Source: an uncultured Candidatus Saccharibacteria bacterium (GTDB lineage: Bacteria; Patescibacteriota; Minisyncoccia; Phycocordibacterales; UBA9973). From it: DNA of 64,000 nt. The stretch is taken from contig CAYREQ010000001.1 of the NCBI GenBank assembly GCA_964423445.1, forward strand, positions 65,732 to 129,731, written 5' to 3'. This document shows, one piece after another, positions 9,721 to 19,089 of this stretch. The translations under genes were made by a program, and so were the position numbers. The notes beneath the pieces were generated by a model. The model was not told the DNA's origin. It did no database searches and worked only from the letters and a program-made list of their open reading frames with translations. The stretch's first letter is position 1. Each line of letters opens with the position of its first letter.

Positions 9721-10987
9721 AACCATAACAGGGTTTTTGCTTATAATTTTATTTTTTACTTCTTTTGTTTTTTCTTATGCACAAAACGCAGATGACATAA
9801 GAGATAGAATAGAACAAAGAAACGCCGACATAGCAAAACTCGAAGAGCAGATAAGAATTTACCAAGGAGAATTAGACGCCCTCGGTAAACAAAAAAATTC
9901 ACTTAGTGTATCTATAAAGCAATTGGATTTAACAAAAAAGAAACTGCAGACTGATATAGCAGTCACTCAAAAGAAAATAGACCAGACTAATTTTAAAATT
10001 GAAGGTCTTACTTCAGACATAGGTGATAAAGAAGGAGCTATTTTAAATCACAAAGATTCTATAGCTCTAGAAATCAGAGAGACCAATCAATTTGAATTGG
10101 AAAATATTATGCAGACACTTCTTTCCAAAAATAATTTTACAGAAATTTGGAATGATATAGACAATAGAGCGACGGTAAGAGAAAAAATAATAGAAAATAT
10201 AGGCAAACTACAAGAGACCAAAGGAGCCCTAGAAGACACTAGGTCATCTACTATTGATGCAAAAAATGAGCTTGTAGCTCTAAAGTCCAAGCTCGCTGAC
10301 CAGCAAAAAATAGTAGTCCAAAATGTAAATGAAAAAAATAAATTATTAACACAGACAAAAAATAGTGAATCCAACTATCAAAAATTAGTAGCAGAGCAGA
10401 CAGCTAAAAAAGCTGCTTTTGAAAAAGAACTACGAGATTTTGAATCACAATTAAAATTTATACTTGACCCATCAAAGCTTCCAAGTAGTGGAGTCTTATC
10501 TTGGCCTTTAGACAGAGTATATGTGACCCAAGAATTCGGAGCAAAGACAGGCCCACACAGGACATATGTGAGCGGACATAGTGGTACTGACTTTAGAGCT
10601 CGTACACCACTGCCTGTATATGCTATGGTTGACGGCGTGGTAAAAGGCATAGGGGATACAGATGCTATTTGCCCAGGGGTATCTTTTGGTAAATGGATTT
10701 TTATTGAATACACAAATGGTCTCGCTAGTACGTATGGTCACTTGTCTCTTATAAAAGTATCTGAAGGTCAAAAAGTAAAAAGAGGGCAAGAGATAGGGTA
10801 TACAGGAGGTACAGGTAGAGTCACTGGCCCGCACCTACACATATCTCTATATGCAGGAAATTCTGTAAAGGTAGACACTGTACCTAGTAAGTCTTGCCCT
10901 GGTAAAATCTTGAAACAACCAATAGCAGCGATAAATGCATATCTTGATCCGATGTATTATTTGCCACGGTATACACCACAGCCTTAG
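9686..10987 (+). CDS. M23-family peptidoglycan metalloendopeptidase with N-terminal coiled coil (EnvC/NlpD-like)
   Basis: 433 aa. Signal/TM, long coiled-coil region. C-terminal LytM domain with HxxxD...HLH (GPHLHISLY). Confidence 0.8.
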   Translation: MKLYLDYKKRHKTITGFLLIILFFTSFVFSYAQNADDIRDRIEQRNADIAKLEEQIRIYQGELDALGKQKNSLSVSIKQLDLTKKKLQTDIAVTQKKIDQTNFKIEGLTSDIGDKEGAILNHKDSIALEIRETNQFELENIMQTLLSKNNFTEIWNDIDNRATVREKIIENIGKLQETKGALEDTRSSTIDAKNELVALKSKLADQQKIVVQNVNEKNKLLTQTKNSESNYQKLVAEQTAKKAAFEKELRDFESQLKFILDPSKLPSSGVLSWPLDRVYVTQEFGAKTGPHRTYVSGHSGTDFRARTPLPVYAMVDGVVKGIGDTDAICPGVSFGKWIFIEYTNGLASTYGHLSLIKVSEGQKVKRGQEIGYTGGTGRVTGPHLHISLYAGNSVKVDTVPSKSCPGKILKQPIAAINAYLDPMYYLPRYTPQP

Positions 10988-11006
10988 TTTATGATAAAAT
11001 AAATTT

Positions 11007-11183
11007 ATGAGTAATATTTTAAAAAATAAAAATAAACAAGCAGGTTTCTTTGAGATTATAGTAGTAGTGATTATCGCTCTATTATTGATGAAGTACTTTG
11101 GCATCACAGTGTCTACTGTCGTAGCTTGGGTAAAGGTATCTCTAGCTTGGTTCCTAGTCTTTTTTAAAGACATCTTGAAGTAA
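11007..11183 (+). CDS. unannotated small hydrophobic ORF (58 aa)
   Basis: ATG at 11007. MSNILKNKNKQAGFFEIIVVVIIALLLMKYFG..., one TM. Below the 60-aa track cutoff. Directly followed by a hairpin and an intrinsic terminator. Confidence 0.35.
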   Translation: MSNILKNKNKQAGFFEIIVVVIIALLLMKYFGITVSTVVAWVKVSLAWFLVFFKDILK

Positions 11184-11261
11184 ATATATTTAGTAAAAAT
11201 TTTCTAAAATTTCCTGTCAAGAACTTCCCTATTTGTCCCAAAATAGGGAAGTGGGTCCCCT

Positions 11262-11296
11262 AAAAACGAGTCTTCATTTTGATGCTCGTTTTTTTT
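11262..11296 (+). terminator. rho-independent terminator after M23 peptidase/small ORF
   Basis: AAACGAG-14 nt loop-CTCGTTT followed by T8. Preceded by a separate 11-bp perfect hairpin CTTCCCTATTT/AAATAGGGAAG (11224-11251). Confidence 0.5.
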
Positions 11297-11509
11297 GTAT
11301 TAGTTTTTCTTGGGAGAGTGTGGAGAATTTTTCTCTGATCTTTGATATGTTTTGTATGTTTTGGTGGTAGATAAGTGACAATAAAGTAAACTTTACAATT
11401 CTTTAATTTTAGAAAATTTAGGTCATATTCTCTCAGGTTAAGTGTCGTAAAAGATATATTGTGCGACACATAGCTATAATATAAATAAGGCTAAAAAAGC
11501 CCTTTCCTA

Positions 11510-11839
11510 CTATTCTCCATACATTTCTTCCTTTTTCTTTTTTAATTCAGAAATTATATTGGGGTCTATAATCTTTGTAAATCTTTTTAAAATTTTTCCA
11601 TCTTTCTCTACTTCCCCCATAAACATCTCCAAGGGTCTAATATCGAACATTTTACCCATCTGGTATACATAGGCCTCATATATCGGCCTGTAGACCACAA
11701 ACTGGTCCTTTTGGTCTGTCTCATCATGTTTGCCTTCAGTGTGTAGGCCTACACCCAGGACTTCATATGCATAGTTATAAATAGAACCCGTAGGGTCGTG
11801 TTTGTAATGATAGTAGTATCCTTTTTCCGGAAATCCCAT
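11510..11839 (-). CDS. hypothetical protein, DUF1653-like
   Basis: 109 aa. Y-rich motifs YYHYK, YEVLGVGLHTE, VVYRPIY, RPLEMF resemble the DUF1653 family as I recall it. Confidence 0.55.
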   Translation of the reverse strand: MGFPEKGYYYHYKHDPTGSIYNYAYEVLGVGLHTEGKHDETDQKDQFVVYRPIYEAYVYQMGKMFDIRPLEMFMGEVEKDGKILKRFTKIIDPNIISELKKKKEEMYGE

Positions 11840-11842
11840 ATT

Positions 11843-12316
11843 TTATTTCTTTTCTTCTTCTATTAATTTTTTGTATTTTTCTTGAATTTCTCTAATGAGT
11901 CTTTTGTCTTCTTTTTTATCTTTCTTATCCATTTTTATTTCTCGTTTGAAATCTTTCTTTTCTAGTTTGGTTCGGGAACCCCTCTGTTCAAATACACTTA
12001 CATCTTTTCTGTCTCGTCTTCCTTCTTTAGCCGAATCTATTATCTCTTCTATTCCGTTTTTGAGATCTTTATTAAATTCCTCTTCAAATTTTTCCCTAGA
12101 ATGAAATTTTAAATAATCCAATTCCAAATTTTTAGCAAATTCATCAAGTCTTTCTATGTATTCGGATATTTCCTCTTTGGCAATTTTTTTTGCATCTTTA
12201 TCTAAACTTGCATACTCTTCAAATAAGCTTTCTGAGACACTCTGTATTCTTTTAGTAAGTAAACTCTCAGCTCCTAAAGCTTCATTTTCGTTTCCTATTT
12301 TTTCAAAATTATTCAT
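11843..12316 (-). CDS. hypothetical highly charged helical protein
   Basis: 157 aa. K/E-rich C-terminus. No recognisable domain. Confidence 0.45.
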   Translation of the reverse strand: MNNFEKIGNENEALGAESLLTKRIQSVSESLFEEYASLDKDAKKIAKEEISEYIERLDEFAKNLELDYLKFHSREKFEEEFNKDLKNGIEEIIDSAKEGRRDRKDVSVFEQRGSRTKLEKKDFKREIKMDKKDKKEDKRLIREIQEKYKKLIEEEKK

Positions 12317-12342
12317 ATATTTATTAAGTATTATAACACTAT

Positions 12343-12747
12343 CTACTTACAAGAGCTTGAAAGCTCATACCCTGAATTCTCAGCTTCTTCATTAGTATTA
12401 AAATAGACTCTGTTTTCCATCTTTATGCTTTTACCTGCGGAGCAACCAATAGTATAATATTTGCTTCCCCTGTTTGAGGCAAAATAATTTCCAGTACCTG
12501 TACTTTGTATTTCTGTGGAAATGTTTTTATTTGTTATAGATTTTGCCCCTTCGATTACACTCGCAGTCTGGTCTATGTATTGGCCTGTAGTTTGGTCCAG
12601 AGACTCTATTTTCACCCCCGAAGAGGCATTTTCTTTGACTGACAGCCTACCTAGCATAAATGAGGCTAAACCGACCAAAATCACTATAAAAACTATCAAA
12701 ATATCTTTCCCCTGTTCACTTTCTAAAAATGACTTGATTTTTCCCAT
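12343..12747 (-). CDS. membrane-anchored protein with C-terminal Ada-like Cys motif domain
   Basis: Likely start at MGKIK (the track start at 12807 overlaps rpmA). One TM. C-terminus [38 protein letters not shown] resembles the Ada N-terminal metal-binding pattern (IYCRPSC...ENVRFF..AEAEAAGFRPC). Confidence 0.45.
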   Translation of the reverse strand: MGKIKSFLESEQGKDILIVFIVILVGLASFMLGRLSVKENASSGVKIESLDQTTGQYIDQTASVIEGAKSITNKNISTEIQSTGTGNYFASNRGSKYYTIGCSAGKSIKMENRVYFNTNEEAENSGYELSSSCK

Positions 12748-12798
12748 AAAATTGTTTATAGTGTAGTACAAGTAAATTTTAACATAAAACAACACAAT

Positions 12799-13071
12799 AT
12801 GGCACATAGAAAAGCCGGCGGTACCGCCAAAAACTTAAGAGATTCAAACCCACAATACCTAGGTATAAAGCTTACAGACGGGCAAAAGGCTCAATCTGGC
12901 TCTATTATCGTACGTCAACGTGGTACAGCTATTTTAGCTGGTACAAACGTATCTACGGGTAAAGATCACACTCTTTTTGCTTTAAAACCTGGCACAGTAA
13001 AATTTGGCACTAGGCGTAAAGTATCCTTTAACGGCAAGACAGTAGTCAAAAAACTCGTAAACGTAATATAA
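12799..13071 (+). CDS. rpmA: 50S ribosomal protein L27
   Basis: 90 aa. [16 protein letters not shown]...IIVRQRGT is highly conserved L27 sequence. Confidence 0.95.
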   Translation: MAHRKAGGTAKNLRDSNPQYLGIKLTDGQKAQSGSIIVRQRGTAILAGTNVSTGKDHTLFALKPGTVKFGTRRKVSFNGKTVVKKLVNVI

Positions 13072-13084
13072 GACAAATAAAAAA

Positions 13085-13107
13085 ATCCCCGACCGGGGAT
13101 TTTTTTA
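13085..13107. terminator. bidirectional intrinsic terminator between rpmA and rplI
   Basis: ATCCCCG-AC-CGGGGAT stem flanked by A7 on the left and T7 on the right. Confidence 0.7.
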
Positions 13108-13108
13108 T

Positions 13109-13552
13109 TTAGATTTTTTCTATGATGAGTTTGAAAGAAGATTTTTTGCCTGCTATAGAAATTTGGATTTCATGCTCACCCACTTCTTTGATTGGTTTTT
13201 CAAGCACTATAAATTCTTCGGAAATGTCTGCATGGTGTTGCTTATGCATTTCTTCTACTATTTCCTTACTGTGAATTCCTTTGAAGAGGTGGCCTTTTTC
13301 ATCAGCTTTTACTTTTATGTGTAGAGTCTTACCTTTTATCTCTTCTAAATTTTTTACTAAAAGATCACTCTGGACTTCCCTCTCTATTTCTATAGTTTTT
13401 TTCCTAATCTCTAAATCTTGTATAGTTTTTGCTGTAGCTATTTCTACTAGTTTTTTTGGTAGAAGAAAATTCATAGCATAACCATCGCTTATCTCTTTTA
13501 CATCATATTTTTTACCTACTCTAGGCACATCTTTTAAGAAAATTACTTTCAT
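13109..13552 (-). CDS. rplI: 50S ribosomal protein L9
   Basis: 147 aa. MKVIFLKDVPRVGKKYDVKEISDGYAMNFLLPKK is the canonical L9 N-domain. Confidence 0.9.
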   Translation of the reverse strand: MKVIFLKDVPRVGKKYDVKEISDGYAMNFLLPKKLVEIATAKTIQDLEIRKKTIEIEREVQSDLLVKNLEEIKGKTLHIKVKADEKGHLFKGIHSKEIVEEMHKQHHADISEEFIVLEKPIKEVGEHEIQISIAGKKSSFKLIIEKI

Positions 13553-13559
13553 ATTATTT

Positions 13560-14768
13560 TTATTGCAATAATAATTCTACAGCTTTGTTTAATTGCGGAT
13601 CTACTTTGTCTACAGAGTCTTTCTTTACTCCTTCTACGATATAGTCTGGAGTGAGGCCTACTTCAGCAATAGTAGCACCATTTGGTGTGAGCCACTTTGC
13701 TACTGTGATTTTTAATATTGTATCATCTGTCACGTCCACCATCTGCTGTACAGAGCCTTTTCCAAAGCTTTGAGAACCCACGAGCTTTGCTCGTCCATGG
13801 TCTCGCATTGCTCCAGCCAATATTTCTGAAGCAGAAGCAGAACCACCATCAATTAAAATTATAAATTTTAATTTTTCATTAAATATATTGTAGCCTCTAC
13901 TTCTGTATATAGTAGGTTCTTTACTTGAACCGTAATCCTCAGTCACTACTACTTTTCCTTCAGGTAAAAACCAACTTGCCATATCTACAGAAGCATCCAA
14001 GTAACCACCTGGATTTCCTCGTAGATCAAGTAGGAGTTTATCACTTTTTGATAAGACAAATTCTTTCATTGCATTTCTAAATAGCTTTGAAGAGTTTGCA
14101 GAAAAGCTGTAAAGTTTTATTACGAAAATTCCGTCTTTGCGAAGCTCTGTGTCTAGAGTAGGTATGTTTATGATATCTCGTACAATTTTTATTTCTCGTG
14201 AATCTTTTTCTCCTTCACGGAATATTGTCAGAGTCACGGTAGTTCCCTTTTCTCCACGAATTAATTTCACTGCTTTTTCAGCAGACAAACCATATGTTTC
14301 TACACCATCTACTTTTAAGACTTTATCTCCAGACTTTATTCCAGCATTATAAGCAGGAGTATTTTTCAATGGGGCTATCACAGTCAGGACTTTGTCTTTA
14401 GTTCCGACTTCCATACCAATACCACTGAAATTACCTGATATTTCCTCTTGAAATGACTTTGCCTCGTCTGGGTTAAAGAAAACGCTGTACGGGTCATTTA
14501 GAGATCCTAAAAGGCCAGAAATAGCACCATAAACCTTTTCTTGGTCAGTAGTTTTTGAGCCAGGATACTTTTCATTTATGATATTCCAGACCTTCCAAAA
14601 AGGAGCAAAATCAGCAGGAGTCTGCACTGCCGTTTCTTTGTTGGAAAGTAATACTCTGTCTATCTCGGGTCTACTAGAATATCCTAGATACACGCCTAAA
14701 ATAAATAAAGTAATTACAAGTAATACTCCAATGATTATGTATTTTATTTTAGAAAGTTTTTCGAGCAT
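13560..14768 (-). CDS. ctpA: carboxyl-terminal processing (tail-specific) protease, S41 family
   Basis: 402 aa. N-terminal TM, PDZ domain, S41 catalytic region (GGSASASEILAGAMRDHGRAKLVGSQSFGKGSVQ). Confidence 0.85.
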   Translation of the reverse strand: MLEKLSKIKYIIIGVLLVITLFILGVYLGYSSRPEIDRVLLSNKETAVQTPADFAPFWKVWNIINEKYPGSKTTDQEKVYGAISGLLGSLNDPYSVFFNPDEAKSFQEEISGNFSGIGMEVGTKDKVLTVIAPLKNTPAYNAGIKSGDKVLKVDGVETYGLSAEKAVKLIRGEKGTTVTLTIFREGEKDSREIKIVRDIINIPTLDTELRKDGIFVIKLYSFSANSSKLFRNAMKEFVLSKSDKLLLDLRGNPGGYLDASVDMASWFLPEGKVVVTEDYGSSKEPTIYRSRGYNIFNEKLKFIILIDGGSASASEILAGAMRDHGRAKLVGSQSFGKGSVQQMVDVTDDTILKITVAKWLTPNGATIAEVGLTPDYIVEGVKKDSVDKVDPQLNKAVELLLQ

Positions 14769-14773
14769 TTGTA

Positions 14774-15016
14774 TTAAATTCTTTCTTGGTCTATCTCTCT
14801 GTCTTCGTATACTGGCATTTCGTTTTGATTAAAATTTTCAGACTTTTGTTTTCTTAGTTGCTTTAATTTGTTTTCTTTATGTATTTCGTAACTGTAGAAA
14901 ACCAATATCAATCCAGATATTGTAAATAAAATATTTTTCCAAGAATAAGGAAAACCGAGGTATGGCAAAACAGCCACCCAGATACCTAAAATTAAAAGTA
15001 TTCGCTCTCTACGCAT
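14774..15016 (-). CDS. small membrane protein, hypothetical
   Basis: 80 aa. Two predicted TM helices. No homolog recognised. Confidence 0.4.
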   Translation of the reverse strand: MRRERILLILGIWVAVLPYLGFPYSWKNILFTISGLILVFYSYEIHKENKLKQLRKQKSENFNQNEMPVYEDREIDQERI

Positions 15017-15039
15017 CTAGCTATTGTATCAAATAAGAG

Positions 15040-16092
15040 CTAATATGCAATAACGCTAGCCTCTAGACTTTCTTGTGGAATTACTGTATTAACATGAAAT
15101 ATTTTCATGTTAATAAATGAGAAAATAAGCAATATAGCAACTACAGCAAAACCTCTAACTATAATTATGGGATGACCAATTTCCCTTTTTATAAATATAG
15201 CGAGTAAAAGCACCAAGATAATTATCATAGCAATACCACTATATATAAAATTTACGTATTTGCTTGGTGAAGTTAGTATTTTATCTACCCAAGACTTTAA
15301 ATAAGTATAAAGAGAAATATCTTTATACGTAACTACTGGAGAATCTATCTCTTCACCCAAAACTTTTACAGTGGTAGGTTTTACAGATGTAGTAGCTTTT
15401 ACTGATAATGCTGGTTTTTTTGTAGTAGATACAGTGTTTTTCGTTGTGGTCGGTTTTGTGTTTTTTACTGTAGCTACTGTAGTATTTTGTTTAACCATTG
15501 GTGTACCAAAAAATTGAGCTACGAAAACCGTATTTCTGCCTTCAAAAGTTCCTGTAGCTACACCAATACCTATTTCTTTATAATTTTTCTTTACAATATT
15601 TGCTCTGTGGCTAGGTGAATCCATCCAAGCTTCTGCCACATCACGTGATTCAAAAAAATTCACAGCTAGATTTTCTCCAGCCATGCTGTATTTATATCCT
15701 ACTTGGTCTAGCCAATACCATGGAGTCTTTCCATCAGGGCTATTATGAGCAAAATATCCACGAGACGCCATGTCTTCAGCTTTTAATTTCGCTGCTTTTG
15801 TAAGTAAATCGTTTTCTATAAGTGGCTCTGCGTTATTTTGAGCACGTTCTTCATTTGTAAGTGTGGTGAGTACACCTGGTAAAACAGAAGCGAGGAAATT
15901 TGTTTTATCAAAAACTACAAAGACTTGAACAAGGAAAAAGAGTTCAATTACGATGATTGAGAACAAGATTATAATAGTTGATTCACGACGTAAAAGGTGC
16001 GGTTTGTAATCGTTGTGTTTATGAGGGAAAAAATATTTTTTTAGCCAAGAAAACATGCTAATATTATAACAACAAATAAGGAGCAAAGTCAA
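15040..16092 (-). CDS. membrane-anchored CAP/SCP (PR-1-like, YkwD-type) domain protein
   Basis: 350 aa. CAP motifs (GYFAHNSPDG...GENLAVNF...SPSHRANIV), T-rich linker, C-terminal TM segments. Confidence 0.7.
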   Translation of the reverse strand: MTLLLICCYNISMFSWLKKYFFPHKHNDYKPHLLRRESTIIILFSIIVIELFFLVQVFVVFDKTNFLASVLPGVLTTLTNEERAQNNAEPLIENDLLTKAAKLKAEDMASRGYFAHNSPDGKTPWYWLDQVGYKYSMAGENLAVNFFESRDVAEAWMDSPSHRANIVKKNYKEIGIGVATGTFEGRNTVFVAQFFGTPMVKQNTTVATVKNTKPTTTKNTVSTTKKPALSVKATTSVKPTTVKVLGEEIDSPVVTYKDISLYTYLKSWVDKILTSPSKYVNFIYSGIAMIIILVLLLAIFIKREIGHPIIIVRGFAVVAILLIFSFINMKIFHVNTVIPQESLEASVIAY

Positions 16093-16150
16093 ATTTATTT
16101 GAACCTTGTCCGAATGCAGTTGTTATATGGTATTCCATATACAAAACAAA

Positions 16151-16180
16151 AACCCCTCTGTAAAGAGGGGTTTTTGTTTA
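16151..16180. terminator. bidirectional intrinsic terminator
   Basis: AACCCCTCT-GTAA-AGAGGGGTT hairpin with A-run upstream and T-run downstream. Lies between convergent genes. Confidence 0.7.
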
Positions 16181-16191
16181 ATAAATATAAG

Positions 16192-18933
16192 TTATTTATT
16201 TAGTACTGCACGAGTCAAAGGACCCACAATACCATCGATTTTTAGAGGCGGGTTTGCTTTTTGGAAAGCTCTGACGCAAGCGTCTGTCTTTGTTCCAAAT
16301 ATTCCATCAACAGCTCCACAATCATAACCAGCATCATTTAAGAATTTTTGAAGTTCATCTACTTCCCCATCCTTTGAGCCAAGCTTCATGTATTCTGTAA
16401 AGATAAACTTTTCAGCACCAAGAACTTGTCCTTTCTCAGTTGATGCACCCAAGACTCTACCATTGTTTGGAATAGAACCAGAAGTATTTTCTTCTCTTAC
16501 TTCTTCTTTAAATGTAGCAGAGATAGTGTGATCTGTAGTGACTTCATTGAAAGTATAAGTTGTTACAGGACCTACTGAAACTTCGCCATCAATAATTACA
16601 TTTTCTACATCAAAACCATTGTTTGCGTCTATTGAATATGTTCTACTTCCGCCATTTGCAACAGTAGTCTCTCCGACAGGGCTGACTGAACCGTTTGCCC
16701 CTGAAGAAGCAGTGATCTTGTGTGTCAGAGCTGCTATCTCAAATGAGCGAGTCACCTCTGGAGCTTCGTTGTAGTTTTCATTTCCTGCCTGACTTGCTGT
16801 TATTGTACAAGTACCTATAGCTAAGAGGTGTACTGTAGTGTTTCCTTCTCCTGTAAGTGAACAAGTACTACCCTCTTCTACTGAATAAACTACTTCTTCT
16901 TCTGAGCTCGCAGTAGCATTTAGGTCAAAATCAGAATCACCAATTGTCTTATCTTCAAGTTCATTGAAAGTAATAGTCTGGTCAGCTTTTGAAATTGTGA
17001 AAGTTCCTCCTACGAAATTAATTTCATAATTTGTATTTCCTAAAGTTCCTAGATTTATATCGTAAAGTCCTACATCCTCACCTGTGTCACGAGTAAGTGA
17101 TCCAGATAATTCATCACCTTCTAGTAGTGTGTTCTCTCCAGTTATTTGGTAAGTAAATTCTGGATCATCTTCACCGTATACTTTACCTTGTCCACCATCT
17201 ACTGTGACAGTTATAGGAAGTGGGTTGATAGCCAATGTAGCTGTGTCTTGTCCTGCGTAATCTGGGTCAGTAATAAGTGCTAGTACATCATACTCACCTA
17301 CGTTTTTTGGAAGATTAGTCAATCCGTTGTATAGGATTACATAACTCAATTCTTCGGGATCAGTACTTGCTTCTAGTGTGTGAGTGTCACCATCATAAGT
17401 CACATCCATCATTCCACTTAGTGTAATTGAAGCAGCTTCTGGAGAAATATCTGCGGTGACTTCATCTTCTACTGTTATGCTTGTAGTGACTAGGTTGTAA
17501 TTTGGAGCACTGATACCAGACATTGATATAGTACCTACAGTGATAGGTTTATTTGCTCCTGCGTCTGGGCTATCAAATAATGCGTCAGTGTATGATAGAA
17601 GAACATTGTCATCTCCTATTATATCTTCACTTCCCAATATTACAGTAGCATTTGCATTACCATCAAAAATTTTATTCACTCCAGTTACTGTGACATGTAA
17701 ATCTTTTTGAGTAATATCAATATTTTGAGAACCAGTAGCGTCATTATAATTTCCTGTGACATCAGTAAATGTCCAAGTTACAGTATTACTAGATACATTT
17801 GTGTAAGAAATTCCTAAATCAAGACCAGCTAGAGCTTCATCTAATATCCCTGTTGCTGTACCAGTGAGGCCATGAGAATTACCATCATAGACACCAGAAA
17901 AACCAGAAACATCTATGATTGCATTTGCTTTGGCTATTGAGAAATTTTCAGAGTCACTACTTCCGTTGTGGTTTGTATCTCCAGTAAAAGTATAATTTGC
18001 ATTAGCACTACCAACATTTGTATTGTTTGAGTAATTTAATACAGGAACTATAGAAAGTCCTCCAGCGCCAGTGACTTCTCCAGTACATGGTGTTTGAGCT
18101 CCTCCATTATAAGTAACACTTTCTGGGCAAGTAATTGTAGTAGTTGAATTTGCTTTATTGATTACAAAATTTCCAGCACTAGCATCTGATAGGTTGTTGT
18201 AATTTACTGTGTCTGTAGGAATAAAGTCTGCTGTGACTGCATAAGTTCCAGCGTTTGTAGGTACAGTACTTGAACCGTCGTATTTTATATCACTAACTAC
18301 ACCAGCAACAGAACCATTTACAGATGCAGATTGTGCAGAGCCAGTAAATGTCACAGGTGAATTTGATATTGAAAGTGTAGGGTTTGTTTTAATTATTGCT
18401 GAGTCTCCTTCAATTAACACATTGTCAACGCGGAAGTGTTCATCACTTGCGTTAGTTGAAACTCTAAACCTAATTAAAAAAGAAGTATTATTCATTCCTG
18501 AGTTAGTAATGGGTGCTTGTGTTGTCCATGAACTATCATTTCGCATGTCGTGAGTTGCTAGAGTAGTCCAACCAGAGCTACTACATGTTGCACCACTAGC
18601 TGACCTGAATTCTACGATTGCATCATCACTTACTTCTGGGCCAGAATCTGCGTCGCCTCTCCATTGATAAGAAAGTTTTACATTTGTATATCCGCTAGAA
18701 TTTATTGTTCTACATATATAACCACTATCTCCTAGCATTACTGCAAATCTGCCTCCATCTGGACTTGCACTATCATTTCCACTACTTGCTGCGCGTGCCT
18801 CAGAGTCACTTCCTGAATTTCCACCGTCACTCCATCCTGATACAGGAGTAACTGTAGATCCTGTGCCAAAGTTGTCTGAAAAAATAGTTGTAGCAGCAGA
18901 AGCTTCTCCTACATTAGACAATAGGAAACTCAT
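16192..18933 (-). CDS. large secreted surface protein with repeated Ig-like beta domains and C-terminal peptidoglycan-binding domain
   Basis: 913 aa. Signal-like N-terminus, S/T/N/G-rich repeated beta-domain segments (YDGNSH, TVTYNGGAQ-type). C-terminal PG_binding_1-like motif (LQKFLNDAGYDCGAVDGIFGTKTDACVRAFQ). Confidence 0.8.
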   Translation of the reverse strand: MSFLLSNVGEASAATTIFSDNFGTGSTVTPVSGWSDGGNSGSDSEARAASSGNDSASPDGGRFAVMLGDSGYICRTINSSGYTNVKLSYQWRGDADSGPEVSDDAIVEFRSASGATCSSSGWTTLATHDMRNDSSWTTQAPITNSGMNNTSFLIRFRVSTNASDEHFRVDNVLIEGDSAIIKTNPTLSISNSPVTFTGSAQSASVNGSVAGVVSDIKYDGSSTVPTNAGTYAVTADFIPTDTVNYNNLSDASAGNFVINKANSTTTITCPESVTYNGGAQTPCTGEVTGAGGLSIVPVLNYSNNTNVGSANANYTFTGDTNHNGSSDSENFSIAKANAIIDVSGFSGVYDGNSHGLTGTATGILDEALAGLDLGISYTNVSSNTVTWTFTDVTGNYNDATGSQNIDITQKDLHVTVTGVNKIFDGNANATVILGSEDIIGDDNVLLSYTDALFDSPDAGANKPITVGTISMSGISAPNYNLVTTSITVEDEVTADISPEAASITLSGMMDVTYDGDTHTLEASTDPEELSYVILYNGLTNLPKNVGEYDVLALITDPDYAGQDTATLAINPLPITVTVDGGQGKVYGEDDPEFTYQITGENTLLEGDELSGSLTRDTGEDVGLYDINLGTLGNTNYEINFVGGTFTISKADQTITFNELEDKTIGDSDFDLNATASSEEEVVYSVEEGSTCSLTGEGNTTVHLLAIGTCTITASQAGNENYNEAPEVTRSFEIAALTHKITASSGANGSVSPVGETTVANGGSRTYSIDANNGFDVENVIIDGEVSVGPVTTYTFNEVTTDHTISATFKEEVREENTSGSIPNNGRVLGASTEKGQVLGAEKFIFTEYMKLGSKDGEVDELQKFLNDAGYDCGAVDGIFGTKTDACVRAFQKANPPLKIDGIVGPLTRAVLNK

Positions 18934-19089
18934 TAATAATATAACTGGTAAAACAAAACGAGAATACGAGGTTACTTTTTCATATTTTTTATAAAAGACT
19001 TTAGTTTGTAATTAATAAGATAACTACATTAGATTAAGACATTATAAGCACAATGTCAAATTCAAGAAAAACCAAGTATAAATAGTTAT

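Noticed and set aside
11007-11183. Calling the 58-aa ORF a type IV pilin or pseudopilin
   Set aside because: The Glu is at +3 after the putative G|F cleavage site, instead of the near-invariant +5. No pilus genes are nearby.
11260-11469. 69-aa minus-strand ORF in the 11.2-11.5 kb spacer
   Set aside because: It overlaps the terminator hairpins of the plus-strand genes, is K/T-rich with low complexity, and has no RBS.
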